This document shows positions 46,994-55,160 of a DNA stretch of 64,000 nucleotides, piece by piece. The DNA is from a virus (taxonomy: Duplodnaviria > Heunggongvirae > Uroviricota > Caudoviricetes). The notes beneath the pieces are model-generated. The model saw only the letters and a program-made list of their open reading frames with translations. It had not been told where the DNA came from and did not search any database. The translations under genes were made by a program, and so were the position numbers. Numbering within the stretch: position 1 is the first letter of the stretch; each line of letters opens with the position of its first letter. The stretch is taken from IMG/VR virus record IMGVR_UViG_3300042445_002023; one strand, given 5' to 3'.

Positions 46994-49084
46994 AGTAAAT
47001 ATTCTTATAAACCCCACGCCTCTTACTGGTTACGCGATTGGGAAGATGATGACATCTTAGTTACCAACATGAATGATGTTGAGCGTAAATCACATGACCT
47101 TTATAAATTAGCCACTGCAAAGAGGGCGATTTCAAACTTCGTAAACATTGTTACTAACAAATCAATTCCTGTGAAATTCTCCGGTAAGGGTAATTCCTAT
47201 ACTGATGGTAAAGCAGTGGTAATTGGTTCTAATGTAGTTGAACCAAAGGATTTTGACGTGGCAGTTGGATTGGCGTTACACGAGGGTTCTCACATTAAAT
47301 TATCTAACTTTGAATTATTGAGAGATATTCATTCAATGATTCCCGCTTCGGTTTCTGATTCCGCAATTAAAAAAGGGATTATGAATCCGATATCAATCGT
47401 AAAAGATATTTGGAACTATGTTGAAGATAGACGAATTGACTGGTATGTATTTAATCAGGCACCTGGTTATAGAGAGTATTATCGTTCAATGTATGATAAG
47501 TACTTTAATGACCCTTTAATTGATAAGGCATTGAAAAGTGATGAATATAATGAGGAAACTATTGAATCATATATGTTCAGAATTATCAACCTCCATAATA
47601 AAAACGCTGACCTTAATAAGTTGAACGGTCTTAAAGCCATTTACAAATTGGTTGGGTTGGGTAATATCAGCCGTTTACAATCTACAAAAGATGCGTTTGA
47701 TGTTGCATTGAGTATCTTTGAAGAGATTTTAACTAACTTACCTATCGCAACTAAAGCACAAGACCAATCTAACTCTACACAAGGTGAAACCGGTGAGGGA
47801 GAAAATGGAGACGAAGAAGGTGAAGGTGGTGGTGGTTCTGGTCAATCAAATGATGAATCGGATGAATCTGATTCTGATTCTGAAAATGGTAAAACTGAAA
47901 TGGTGGGTGATGAAGATGAAAATTCAATGGGAGGTTCATCAATGTCTGCATCATCTCCGATGGAAGGTGGTAAGCCATCTACCTCTGATTCAGATGGTAG
48001 TTCAAAATCGGCTACCGAATTATCAGAAACTCAAAAAAAGTTATTAAAAAAGAAAATAGATAAACAAAAAGATTTCTTACGTGGTAATATCCATAAGAAG
48101 GGTATTAGTAATAGAGAATTGACAGACCTTAACTCAATTGAAGAATCTGGTTCTGAAATTAAATCGGTGGGTGTGGATATGCCAAATGGTTGGGGTAACC
48201 CACAACGAGGTGTTGAATGTATTGTGGTTAATAAATTAACTACGGCATTGATGAATACCGACACGTTCCCTCTTAGTTATGTAAATTGGGAAACTAAGGA
48301 ATTTCACAAATATAATCAGGCTGCAATTGACAACGGAATTCGTATCGGAACTTTGTTAGGTAAGAGATTACAGGTACGAGGTGAAGATAGAACGACGGTC
48401 TTTAATAGACAAAAAGTTGGTCGTATTGATAAGAGAATGATTTCATCATTAGGATTCGGAAACGAAAACGTTTTCCAATTTACTGAGATTGATTCATACA
48501 AAAAGGCTAACTTGCACGTTTCGATTGATGCATCTGGTTCAATGAGTGGTAGAAAATGGGTGGAAACTCTTACCAACGTAACCGCGTTATGTAAGGCAGT
48601 TGATATGATTCAAAATCTATCAATTCAGATTTCAATCAGAACCACAACCGATTCAAAACCTTATGTGGTTATTGCTTATGATTCACGAGTTGATAAGATT
48701 TCAAAAGTGAAAGCTTTATTCCCTGGCTTAAATGCAGGGGGTACTACACCGGAAGGATTATGTTACGAAGCAATTATGAAATTGTTAGTTCCATCTAATA
48801 ACGATATGGATTCGTATTTCTTAAACATATCCGATGGTGAACCTTACTTTAATGGAAGTAAGTTTGATTATCATGGTGGACCTGCTTACAAACATACTCA
48901 AAAGATGGTTAGACAAATTGAAGGGATGGGTATTAAAACACTTTCTTACTTCGTAGAGGAAGGTAGTTCAGGTAGAATTTCATCGGCATTTAAAACGATG
49001 TATGGTAAGGGTGCTGAATGTATTGATGTGACAAACGTTTCACAAATCACCAAAACAATGAATTCACTCTTTCTTTCTAAATAA
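46991..49084 (+). CDS. VWA-domain protein with N-terminal HExxH metallopeptidase-like domain (CobT-like MoxR partner)
   Basis: LALHEGSHI, VEDRRID, acidic Ser/Gly/Glu linker, HVSIDASGSM MIDAS, GGTTPEG, ISDGEP. Confidence 0.88.
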   Translation: MSKYSYKPHASYWLRDWEDDDILVTNMNDVERKSHDLYKLATAKRAISNFVNIVTNKSIPVKFSGKGNSYTDGKAVVIGSNVVEPKDFDVAVGLALHEGSHIKLSNFELLRDIHSMIPASVSDSAIKKGIMNPISIVKDIWNYVEDRRIDWYVFNQAPGYREYYRSMYDKYFNDPLIDKALKSDEYNEETIESYMFRIINLHNKNADLNKLNGLKAIYKLVGLGNISRLQSTKDAFDVALSIFEEILTNLPIATKAQDQSNSTQGETGEGENGDEEGEGGGGSGQSNDESDESDSDSENGKTEMVGDEDENSMGGSSMSASSPMEGGKPSTSDSDGSSKSATELSETQKKLLKKKIDKQKDFLRGNIHKKGISNRELTDLNSIEESGSEIKSVGVDMPNGWGNPQRGVECIVVNKLTTALMNTDTFPLSYVNWETKEFHKYNQAAIDNGIRIGTLLGKRLQVRGEDRTTVFNRQKVGRIDKRMISSLGFGNENVFQFTEIDSYKKANLHVSIDASGSMSGRKWVETLTNVTALCKAVDMIQNLSIQISIRTTTDSKPYVVIAYDSRVDKISKVKALFPGLNAGGTTPEGLCYEAIMKLLVPSNNDMDSYFLNISDGEPYFNGSKFDYHGGPAYKHTQKMVRQIEGMGIKTLSYFVEEGSSGRISSAFKTMYGKGAECIDVTNVSQITKTMNSLFLSK

Positions 49085-49089
49085 TATAT

Positions 49090-49118
49090 AAGTCATTGGT
49101 TTTCAATGGCTTGTTTTT
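49090..49118 (+). terminator. Hairpin plus T-run
   Basis: AAGTCATTG-GTTTT-CAATGGCTT followed by GTTTTT. Confidence 0.6.
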
Positions 49119-49153
49119 ATTCATAAAAAAACTTTAAAAATAAATGGCAATAT

Positions 49154-49224
49154 ATTTGGAAATCTCAATAAAAGGTCGTATATTAGCTTTGTAATAATTG
49201 ATAACATTAAAACTTAAAACAATG
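49154..49224 (+). promoter_or_regulatory. Repeated promoter-like element, copy 3, with leader
   Basis: ATTTGGAAAT-N14-GTATATTAGCTTTGTAATAATTGATAACATTAAAACTTAAAACAATG. Confidence 0.7.
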
Positions 49225-50439
49225 AAAAAAAATCTCGATTTAAATGTGGTAGGGTTCGTTGCTAACGAAATCTACAAAGTAGAAAAATTTGGTAGTACTT
49301 TCAAAATGATTGACACTGCCGGTAACAAGGTTGGTACATTAGGTACATCCTTAACCCGTAAACAAGCCTTCAACGAAGGTAAAGCGGTTCAAGCCTATGT
49401 AGATAAGACAGGTAAAAAAACCTATCGTAAAGTAGATATGGGTGTATATAACGCGATGATTATCCCAATGAATACCGCAGATGGTGGTATCCAAATTGAG
49501 GAATCCGCAGACCACAATGCAGTTAAGGATTTCATCCACAAGGGTTCGGTATCGTTAAAACCACGTGAGTTGGTGATGACAGACCTTAAGTGGAAATATT
49601 TAATACGTTCAGCAGTTCGTGCTAAGAATATTATGATGACCGGCCCTGCTGGTTGTGGTAAAACATTAGCCGCAAAGGCGTTGGTTAAATCATTAGAGAG
49701 ACCTGATTTCTATTTCAACTTAGGTGCCACTCAAGACCCGAGAGCAACCTTAATTGGTAATACTCACTTTGACCAAGGCAAGGGAACGTTCTTCTCTGAA
49801 TCTGCTTTCGTTAAAGCGATTAAGACACCAAACGCAGTTATCTTATTGGATGAGTTAAGTAGAGCTCACCCAGATGCTTGGAATATCTTAATGAGTGTTT
49901 TAGACCAAGGTCAAAGATACTTACGATTGGACGAGGCAGAAGGTTCACCAATTGTAAATGTTGCAGACGGAGTTACCTTTATCGCAACTGCCAATATTGG
50001 TTCTGAATATACCTCTACTCGTGTTATTGACCGAGCAATGTTAGACCGTTTCGTAACAATTGAAATGGATGTGTTGAATGATGTACAGGAATTTGAATTA
50101 CTTAAATATATGTTCCCAGAAGTTGCTGAAGATGATTTGAAAGCAATCTCTGAGATTTCTCACCACACAAGAACTCAATCAATGAGTGATAGTGGAAAGT
50201 TATCCTCAATGGTTTCTACCAGAGCATCGGTTGAAATGGCGAGTTTGGTTTATGATGGATTCAATTTGTTTGAAGCTGCAGAGATTTCAATCTTCCCTTT
50301 CTTCTCTAACGATGGTGGGGTTGATTCTGAAAGAACTTATGTTAAGCAATTAGTTCAAAAGTACGAAAAGGATGAAAATGGTTCTCCGCTTTTCGAAGCG
50401 AAGACTGAAGATAATGTGGATGAGATTCCACAGTTTTAG
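49222..50439 (+). CDS. MoxR-type AAA+ ATPase (CbbQ/NorQ/CobS-like)
   Basis: GPAGCGKT Walker A, ILLDELSRA Walker B, IATANIG, DRAMLDRF, STR. Confidence 0.92.
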   Translation: MKKNLDLNVVGFVANEIYKVEKFGSTFKMIDTAGNKVGTLGTSLTRKQAFNEGKAVQAYVDKTGKKTYRKVDMGVYNAMIIPMNTADGGIQIEESADHNAVKDFIHKGSVSLKPRELVMTDLKWKYLIRSAVRAKNIMMTGPAGCGKTLAAKALVKSLERPDFYFNLGATQDPRATLIGNTHFDQGKGTFFSESAFVKAIKTPNAVILLDELSRAHPDAWNILMSVLDQGQRYLRLDEAEGSPIVNVADGVTFIATANIGSEYTSTRVIDRAMLDRFVTIEMDVLNDVQEFELLKYMFPEVAEDDLKAISEISHHTRTQSMSDSGKLSSMVSTRASVEMASLVYDGFNLFEAAEISIFPFFSNDGGVDSERTYVKQLVQKYEKDENGSPLFEAKTEDNVDEIPQF

Positions 50440-50465
50440 GGTTAATCATTATTACAACTGAATGG

Positions 50466-50490
50466 GGGGAGTTTCTCCCCTCCTTCTTTT
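50466..50490 (+). terminator. Putative intrinsic terminator
   Basis: GGGGAG-TTT-CTCCCC followed by a pyrimidine/T-run. Confidence 0.6.
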
Positions 50491-50514
50491 ATTTAACCTT
50501 AAAATAACTAGATT

Positions 50515-50724
50515 ATGGTGAAGAATGAAATGACCGAAGAACGAAAACAAGCATTACAAACATTAATAGCTTGGTATTGGGTAGATGGACTAAATCATAT
50601 TAGTAAAGCGGATTATCAATTTTTATATGATTTATATGACCACTCACTTGGATTTTATGGCGATGATGTTCAACTTAGATTAAATGCAATTAGAGACGTT
50701 TATTTAAATTATAAATCAATATGA
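50515..50724 (+). CDS. Hypothetical protein
   Basis: 69 aa ORF in a run of short overlapping genes. Confidence 0.55.
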   Translation: MVKNEMTEERKQALQTLIAWYWVDGLNHISKADYQFLYDLYDHSLGFYGDDVQLRLNAIRDVYLNYKSI

Positions 50725-51056
50725 AAACATTAGGAACTAAATACGGAATTAATATTACAAAGCCCTGGAATCAGGATATGTATACTCATAACGAAAAGAT
50801 TGGTGAGATAATGAAAACCAATATTAAAAAGGCTTTGATAAAAGCATATAGTGAAGATGATGAGAAATCATTAAGAGAAATTTCTAAGGCAGTAGTTGCA
50901 CATGGATATGGTAGCGGATATGAGATTGATGATATATATGATGAAACTATATTAGGAATTGAGAATTCTGAAAACTATTGGTTGAATCAAGAGTATCCAG
51001 ATTTAGTAAGAGATGGATATGTACCAGAACTATCAGAGGATATGGTTGGCTATTAA
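50721..51056 (+). CDS. Hypothetical protein
   Basis: 111 aa ORF; ATGA overlap. Confidence 0.6.
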   Translation: MKTLGTKYGINITKPWNQDMYTHNEKIGEIMKTNIKKALIKAYSEDDEKSLREISKAVVAHGYGSGYEIDDIYDETILGIENSENYWLNQEYPDLVRDGYVPELSEDMVGY

Positions 51057-51067
51057 AAAACAATTAT

Positions 51068-51271
51068 ATGAATACCCATTATTTAAAAGAAATCATTAAA
51101 CTTGCAAGAGAAGGCAAAGAATCTTTATTAGTTAGAAAAGAAATCATAATGGATGACGATACTACTGATGAAGAATTGGGTACGATTATTCGTATGATGT
51201 ATAGAGCAAAAGTAAATACTGCAGATGAAACAATCACCCAAACCCAAAATATCATTAACAATGCCTCTTAA
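51068..51271 (+). CDS. Hypothetical protein
   Basis: Start moved to MNTHYLK. Confidence 0.55.
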   Translation: MNTHYLKEIIKLAREGKESLLVRKEIIMDDDTTDEELGTIIRMMYRAKVNTADETITQTQNIINNAS

Positions 51272-51443
51272 AAAAGATTTAAAGAACTTACAATTAGCAT
51301 TACAGGAAGTAGAATCAACTAATCCAACTAATTGGTTTGGTAAACTATTTAAAAAATTTAAAATTACTAACCTTAATATGCTAATTTTAAAAACAAAATC
51401 GAAACTGCAAGATTTAAAAATTCAAAAACAATATAATAAATGA
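51261..51443 (+). CDS. Hypothetical protein
   Basis: Start moved to MPLKK. Confidence 0.5.
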   Translation: MPLKKDLKNLQLALQEVESTNPTNWFGKLFKKFKITNLNMLILKTKSKLQDLKIQKQYNK

Positions 51444-51598
51444 GTAAACCTATAAACGAAAACTGGCTAGAAAAGTTGGTAAAAAATTACCACGTACCAA
51501 AACAAGAAGAAATTAAATCAAACAAGATTCTAACCGAATCACAAATAAAAATTATCCAAAATGGGAAAGATAAAGGAAAACCTAGTAAACAATCTTAG
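51440..51598 (+). CDS. Small hypothetical protein (52 aa)
   Basis: MSKPINENWLEKLVKNY...; ATGA overlap with the upstream stop. Confidence 0.45.
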   Translation: MSKPINENWLEKLVKNYHVPKQEEIKSNKILTESQIKIIQNGKDKGKPSKQS

Positions 51599-51869
51599 TG
51601 AAGATGACTTCTACACACTACAAGAAATGAGTGATGAAGAACAACGATATCAAGAATGGATTAATTCAGATGAATATATCCAATTTGTAAACGAACAATT
51701 AGCAGAAAGTAAACCAGTGTTTTCAACTGAAGATATAAAAAATGCATTAGATTGGGCTAAATCTGCAATTAACGTAGAACCAACTGATATTGGTAAAGAT
51801 GTATACGATATTCTATTTATTGAAAAAGTAGAAGAACATTTAAATAAAATTCGTTATGATAAATTTTAA
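51561..51869 (+). CDS. Hypothetical acidic protein
   Basis: 102 aa ORF. Confidence 0.6.
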   Translation: MGKIKENLVNNLSEDDFYTLQEMSDEEQRYQEWINSDEYIQFVNEQLAESKPVFSTEDIKNALDWAKSAINVEPTDIGKDVYDILFIEKVEEHLNKIRYDKF

Positions 51870-52353
51870 GGATTACATACAAACAATTCCTGATTTTCCA
51901 AAGGAAGGAATTATGTATAGAGATATCCAACCATTACTTGCTAATCAAAATGTATTTAAAGAGGCAATTAAAAGAATGGGTACGTTGGTAGAGATACCTG
52001 ATTATTGGGTGGCAGTAGAAGCAAGAGGATTTCTTTTTGCATCTGCACTATCTTATAAGTTTGGTGGGGGTATCCGAATGATACGCAAGAAAGGGAAATT
52101 GCCAACTAAAGATAATTGGGGATTACCATACAATTTGGAATATGGCACTGATATGTTAGAAATGTCTAAGTTTGGTAATGATGGTTCAACCGCAGTTATA
52201 GTAGATGATGTCCTTGCAACAGGTGGTACAATTGATACTGCCGAATTATTATGTAAGGCAGAGGGGTTGAAAGTTATCGGTAAATTATGTTTGGTGGATA
52301 TTGGTATTGTAGATAGACCAGATGTTAAAAGTTTAATATACTATGAAGATTAA
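51856..52353 (+). CDS. apt: Adenine phosphoribosyltransferase
   Basis: IPDFPKEGIMYRDI, EARGFLF, RKKGKLP, YNLEYG, VDDVLATGGT. Confidence 0.92.
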   Translation: MINFKDYIQTIPDFPKEGIMYRDIQPLLANQNVFKEAIKRMGTLVEIPDYWVAVEARGFLFASALSYKFGGGIRMIRKKGKLPTKDNWGLPYNLEYGTDMLEMSKFGNDGSTAVIVDDVLATGGTIDTAELLCKAEGLKVIGKLCLVDIGIVDRPDVKSLIYYED

Positions 52354-52903
52354 GTTATTCGTTGCATTAGAAACCGAACTCCCAAAGGAACTTCTACCAG
52401 AAGGAGTGGAGGTATTTTATACCGGAGTGGGTAAGGTTAATGCTGCAATAAAAGCAACCGAAGTCCTCTCCCCTACATATGAAGTATACAATACTAATAC
52501 AATGGTGTTAAACTATGGTTCTGCCGGCTCAAAATCCACACCAACCCATTCTTTGGTAGAGTGTAAGGTATTTGTTCAAGAGGATATGGATGGTAGACCA
52601 TTTTCACCCCTAAAAACTACTCCCTTTGATAAGGAAATGTATCCACAAATAGGTGATGAACCGATTATATTTGGGGCAGGAGGGTATCTTTGTCATACAC
52701 AAGACCACTTTGAACAAAACCCTAAAAATGGGGTATTTGATATGGAAGCATATGCTTTGGCAAAGGTTTGTAAGATATATGGGTATGATTTTAAGGCTTA
52801 TAAATTCATATCAGATGATGGCAATCCAGATGATTGGGAAGAGAATCACCATTTAGGAGCTGAATTATTTCTAAAAGAATTGAATAAATATTTGGTAGAT
52901 TGA
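52343..52903 (+). CDS. MTA/SAH nucleosidase-like (PNP_UDP_1 family)
   Basis: TGVGKVNAA, NYGSAG, DMEAYALA, KFISD. Confidence 0.85.
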   Translation: MKIKLFVALETELPKELLPEGVEVFYTGVGKVNAAIKATEVLSPTYEVYNTNTMVLNYGSAGSKSTPTHSLVECKVFVQEDMDGRPFSPLKTTPFDKEMYPQIGDEPIIFGAGGYLCHTQDHFEQNPKNGVFDMEAYALAKVCKIYGYDFKAYKFISDDGNPDDWEENHHLGAELFLKELNKYLVD

Positions 52904-52922
52904 GAATAAATTCGTATATTTA
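52891..52922 (+). promoter_or_regulatory. Bacteroidota-type -33/-7 promoter
   Basis: TTTG (52891) N20 TATATTTA (52915). Confidence 0.55.
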
Positions 52923-53017
52923 CATATAAATAAAAACATCAAATGAGATTATGGTTCACGTCCCACCATAGTTAAGTTTGAATAATTGTTAATCAACGGG
53001 ACTAAAAAAACAACAAT

Positions 53018-53188
53018 ATGAAAAAAGTACTATTTGCACTTTTCATCGCAGCAGGTTTAACTGCATGTGGTGGTAACGCTTCGACTGAAGCTACAACTGA
53101 TTCAACGACCGTAGTAACCGATTCTTCTGCAGTAGCAGCTGATTCTACTTCTACACCAGTAGTTGATTCTACTTCAGCAGTGAAGTAA
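53018..53188 (+). CDS. Small Ser/Thr-rich lipoprotein (56 aa, not in ORF track)
   Basis: MKKVLFALFIAAGLTAC-GGNASTEATTDSTTVVTDSSAVAADSTSTPVVDSTSAVK*; lipobox LTAC. Confidence 0.8.
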   Translation: MKKVLFALFIAAGLTACGGNASTEATTDSTTVVTDSSAVAADSTSTPVVDSTSAVK

Positions 53189-53191
53189 TTA

Positions 53192-53234
53192 AGTGGAGCT
53201 TTAGGAGTGTAGGGTTCGAATCCCTACTCCACTC
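53192..53234 (+). ncRNA. tRNA-like minihelix (acceptor stem plus T-arm only)
   Basis: AGTGGAG/CTCCACT 7-bp stem; TAGGG-TTCGAAT-CCCTA T-arm; only 11 nt where the D and anticodon arms would be. Confidence 0.5.
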
Positions 53235-53262
53235 AAATTTTTAAAATTTATACTAAAAAGTT

Positions 53263-53526
53263 ATGAAAACATTTAAAGATATCCAATTCAAAATAAACCC
53301 AATGGGTTCTGATTTTGGAATTGTAAGCAGAACTCAATTCGATAATGGGTATGAAGTATCCGTAGTAAAAAGCCCACATTCATATGGTGGTGATAAGGGA
53401 TTATACGAATTGGCTATTTTCAAAGATGGTGAGATATGTTATGATACTCCAATTACGGATGATGTAATTGGTTATCTAAGACCAGAGGATGTAACCGATG
53501 TAATGGAACGCGTTGAAAAATTATAA
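53263..53526 (+). CDS. Phage hypothetical protein
   Basis: FDNGYEVSVV...YELAI...YDTPITDDVIGYL motif, recognised from phage proteins. Confidence 0.65.
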   Translation: MKTFKDIQFKINPMGSDFGIVSRTQFDNGYEVSVVKSPHSYGGDKGLYELAIFKDGEICYDTPITDDVIGYLRPEDVTDVMERVEKL

Positions 53527-53529
53527 TCC

Positions 53530-54051
53530 ATGTCAGGCAAAGTAATTTTTATAGATGTTGATGGCCCTTTGGCTTGGGGGACGTGGGATGAAGGTAAAGT
53601 AAAAATAATGAAGGGAACTTCGCATGAATTTACAATACCATACCCGTGGGTTAAAGAAGATTGTGATGCACTCGCTGAAATTATAAAACAAACCGATGCA
53701 CGATTAGTAGTATCATCAGATTGGAGAAAGCATTATACTCTTGCTGATTTGGCTATGATATTCGAATACTATGGTATTGGTAGATGGAATTTATTAGATA
53801 CCACCACCCACTTTAATCCTAAAAAGAAAATGAGTTCATCAGGCGAATGGGATAGAGCGTGTGAGATTGAGACATGGGTTAAATCATTCAAACCTACTAA
53901 TTGGATTTCTATTGATGATATGCAATTAAATTATGGTTACAAATCATTAGGTATCGCACAATTTCATCACGTACAAGTTAGTGGTGATTGGGGTAATGGT
54001 GGTAAATTGAGAGATAAGATTGATGAATGTGTTAAAAAATTAAATAGATGA
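53530..54051 (+). CDS. HAD-domain protein of the RNA-repair-associated (Swiss Army Knife) type
   Basis: IFIDVDGPL, VVSSDWR, R..EI..W, WISIDD. Confidence 0.75.
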   Translation: MSGKVIFIDVDGPLAWGTWDEGKVKIMKGTSHEFTIPYPWVKEDCDALAEIIKQTDARLVVSSDWRKHYTLADLAMIFEYYGIGRWNLLDTTTHFNPKKKMSSSGEWDRACEIETWVKSFKPTNWISIDDMQLNYGYKSLGIAQFHHVQVSGDWGNGGKLRDKIDECVKKLNR

Positions 54052-54539
54052 GTTACAATAAATTCAGATGGTATACGAAGGGAAGACCAAATAAACCACT
54101 TCATTCAGATGCCCCACTTTTATTAAAGATACGAAATGGTGACTTTGATTATTCTTATATGTTTAGTGAAGCTAGGGAAGTTAAAGAGAGTGCCAAGAAA
54201 GCTAGTGAGGATGCTTATAATAATTATGGGGGTACGGATATCAAAAATCGTAATGAGGCTTCTTTGGAGGCTGGAAGGATGAAGCGAATTAAGGCTATCA
54301 AATTAGAATTGGAAGCCTTTGCAGATGAAAATAGAATCCTTTGGAAATTACGAAAAGAATTAAAAGAAGAGTTTGGTAAAGACCTTTGGGAAAAATCATT
54401 AGAACGTCAGAGAGGTAAGGGTACATTAGAAAATTTATACTATTGGTATAAGAAACAGGTTAAAGAAGCAACCACTAAATCTGAAATAGATATCCAATTT
54501 AAAAGGGCTAACACACGAGGATTATCACACCTATTTTAG
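54048..54539 (+). CDS. Phage hypothetical protein
   Basis: KIRNGDFDYS; basic helical ORF. Confidence 0.6.
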   Translation: MSYNKFRWYTKGRPNKPLHSDAPLLLKIRNGDFDYSYMFSEAREVKESAKKASEDAYNNYGGTDIKNRNEASLEAGRMKRIKAIKLELEAFADENRILWKLRKELKEEFGKDLWEKSLERQRGKGTLENLYYWYKKQVKEATTKSEIDIQFKRANTRGLSHLF

Positions 54540-54594
54540 TGTAAAAATTAAATGTTGGATATATATTATAGGAATATGATATAATCAAACTGAT

Positions 54595-54753
54595 ATGAAA
54601 AAACTACTAAAGGTGATAAATTCAATGTCTAACATATTGCAAATAGATGCAACTAGAAAATATATAGATTTGTATTATAAACAATTTGGAGAAACTCGTA
54701 AGGATGTAATAGAATATTATTTTCGTAATAAAAAGAAAAATTTGAAGAACTAA
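54595..54753 (+). CDS. Small hypothetical protein (52 aa)
   Basis: MKKLLKVINSMSNILQIDATRKYIDLYY...; read manually. Confidence 0.5.
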   Translation: MKKLLKVINSMSNILQIDATRKYIDLYYKQFGETRKDVIEYYFRNKKKNLKN

Positions 54754-54759
54754 GGTCTA

Positions 54760-55092
54760 ATGGACGAACCAAGAGAGATATTAACAATTTACATAGGTAA
54801 TTCTGATATTTTTGAATGGGCAACTGATAGAGGTAAATCAGTATTGATGTCCGAATTATTGGTTGGTTGTGAAGAATTATTATATAATGAGTTAAATGAA
54901 GTTAAGTGTCTAAGAGTTGAATCATTTGTAAGAGGGAAACATATGGCATATGATTTTTCAATTTACAAGGATGGATATGATGAAACGTTAGAAAAAATAA
55001 TGGACTGGGCATTAGAACATGAGGAATATGAAATGTGTCAGAGAGTTACTGAACTAAAAAATTATACAAATAAACAAATAAATGAATTTTAA
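54760..55092 (+). CDS. Hypothetical protein with UVR-like C-terminal motif
   Basis: ALEHEEYEMCQRVTEL. Confidence 0.55.
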   Translation: MDEPREILTIYIGNSDIFEWATDRGKSVLMSELLVGCEELLYNELNEVKCLRVESFVRGKHMAYDFSIYKDGYDETLEKIMDWALEHEEYEMCQRVTELKNYTNKQINEF

Positions 55093-55160
55093 ATTCATAA
55101 TGTAGCAAAAAATATATTTTTAATATTTAAAGATATAAGATACATTTAATTTATATTGTT

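Noticed and set aside
46967-49221. TTG starts at 46967 and 49198 given by the ORF track
   Set aside because: The MITLK extensions are translations of the duplicated promoter leader; ATGs at 46991 and 49222 are the likelier starts.
51856-52903. NAD+-reconstitution (NARP) anti-defence pathway
   Set aside because: The PRTase has clear APT signatures, not Nampt or Adps motifs, and its partner is a nucleosidase.
53160-53240. Complete tRNA gene
   Set aside because: Only 11 nt separate the acceptor 5' strand from the T-stem, and no D or anticodon arm is found upstream; kept as a tRNA-like element instead.
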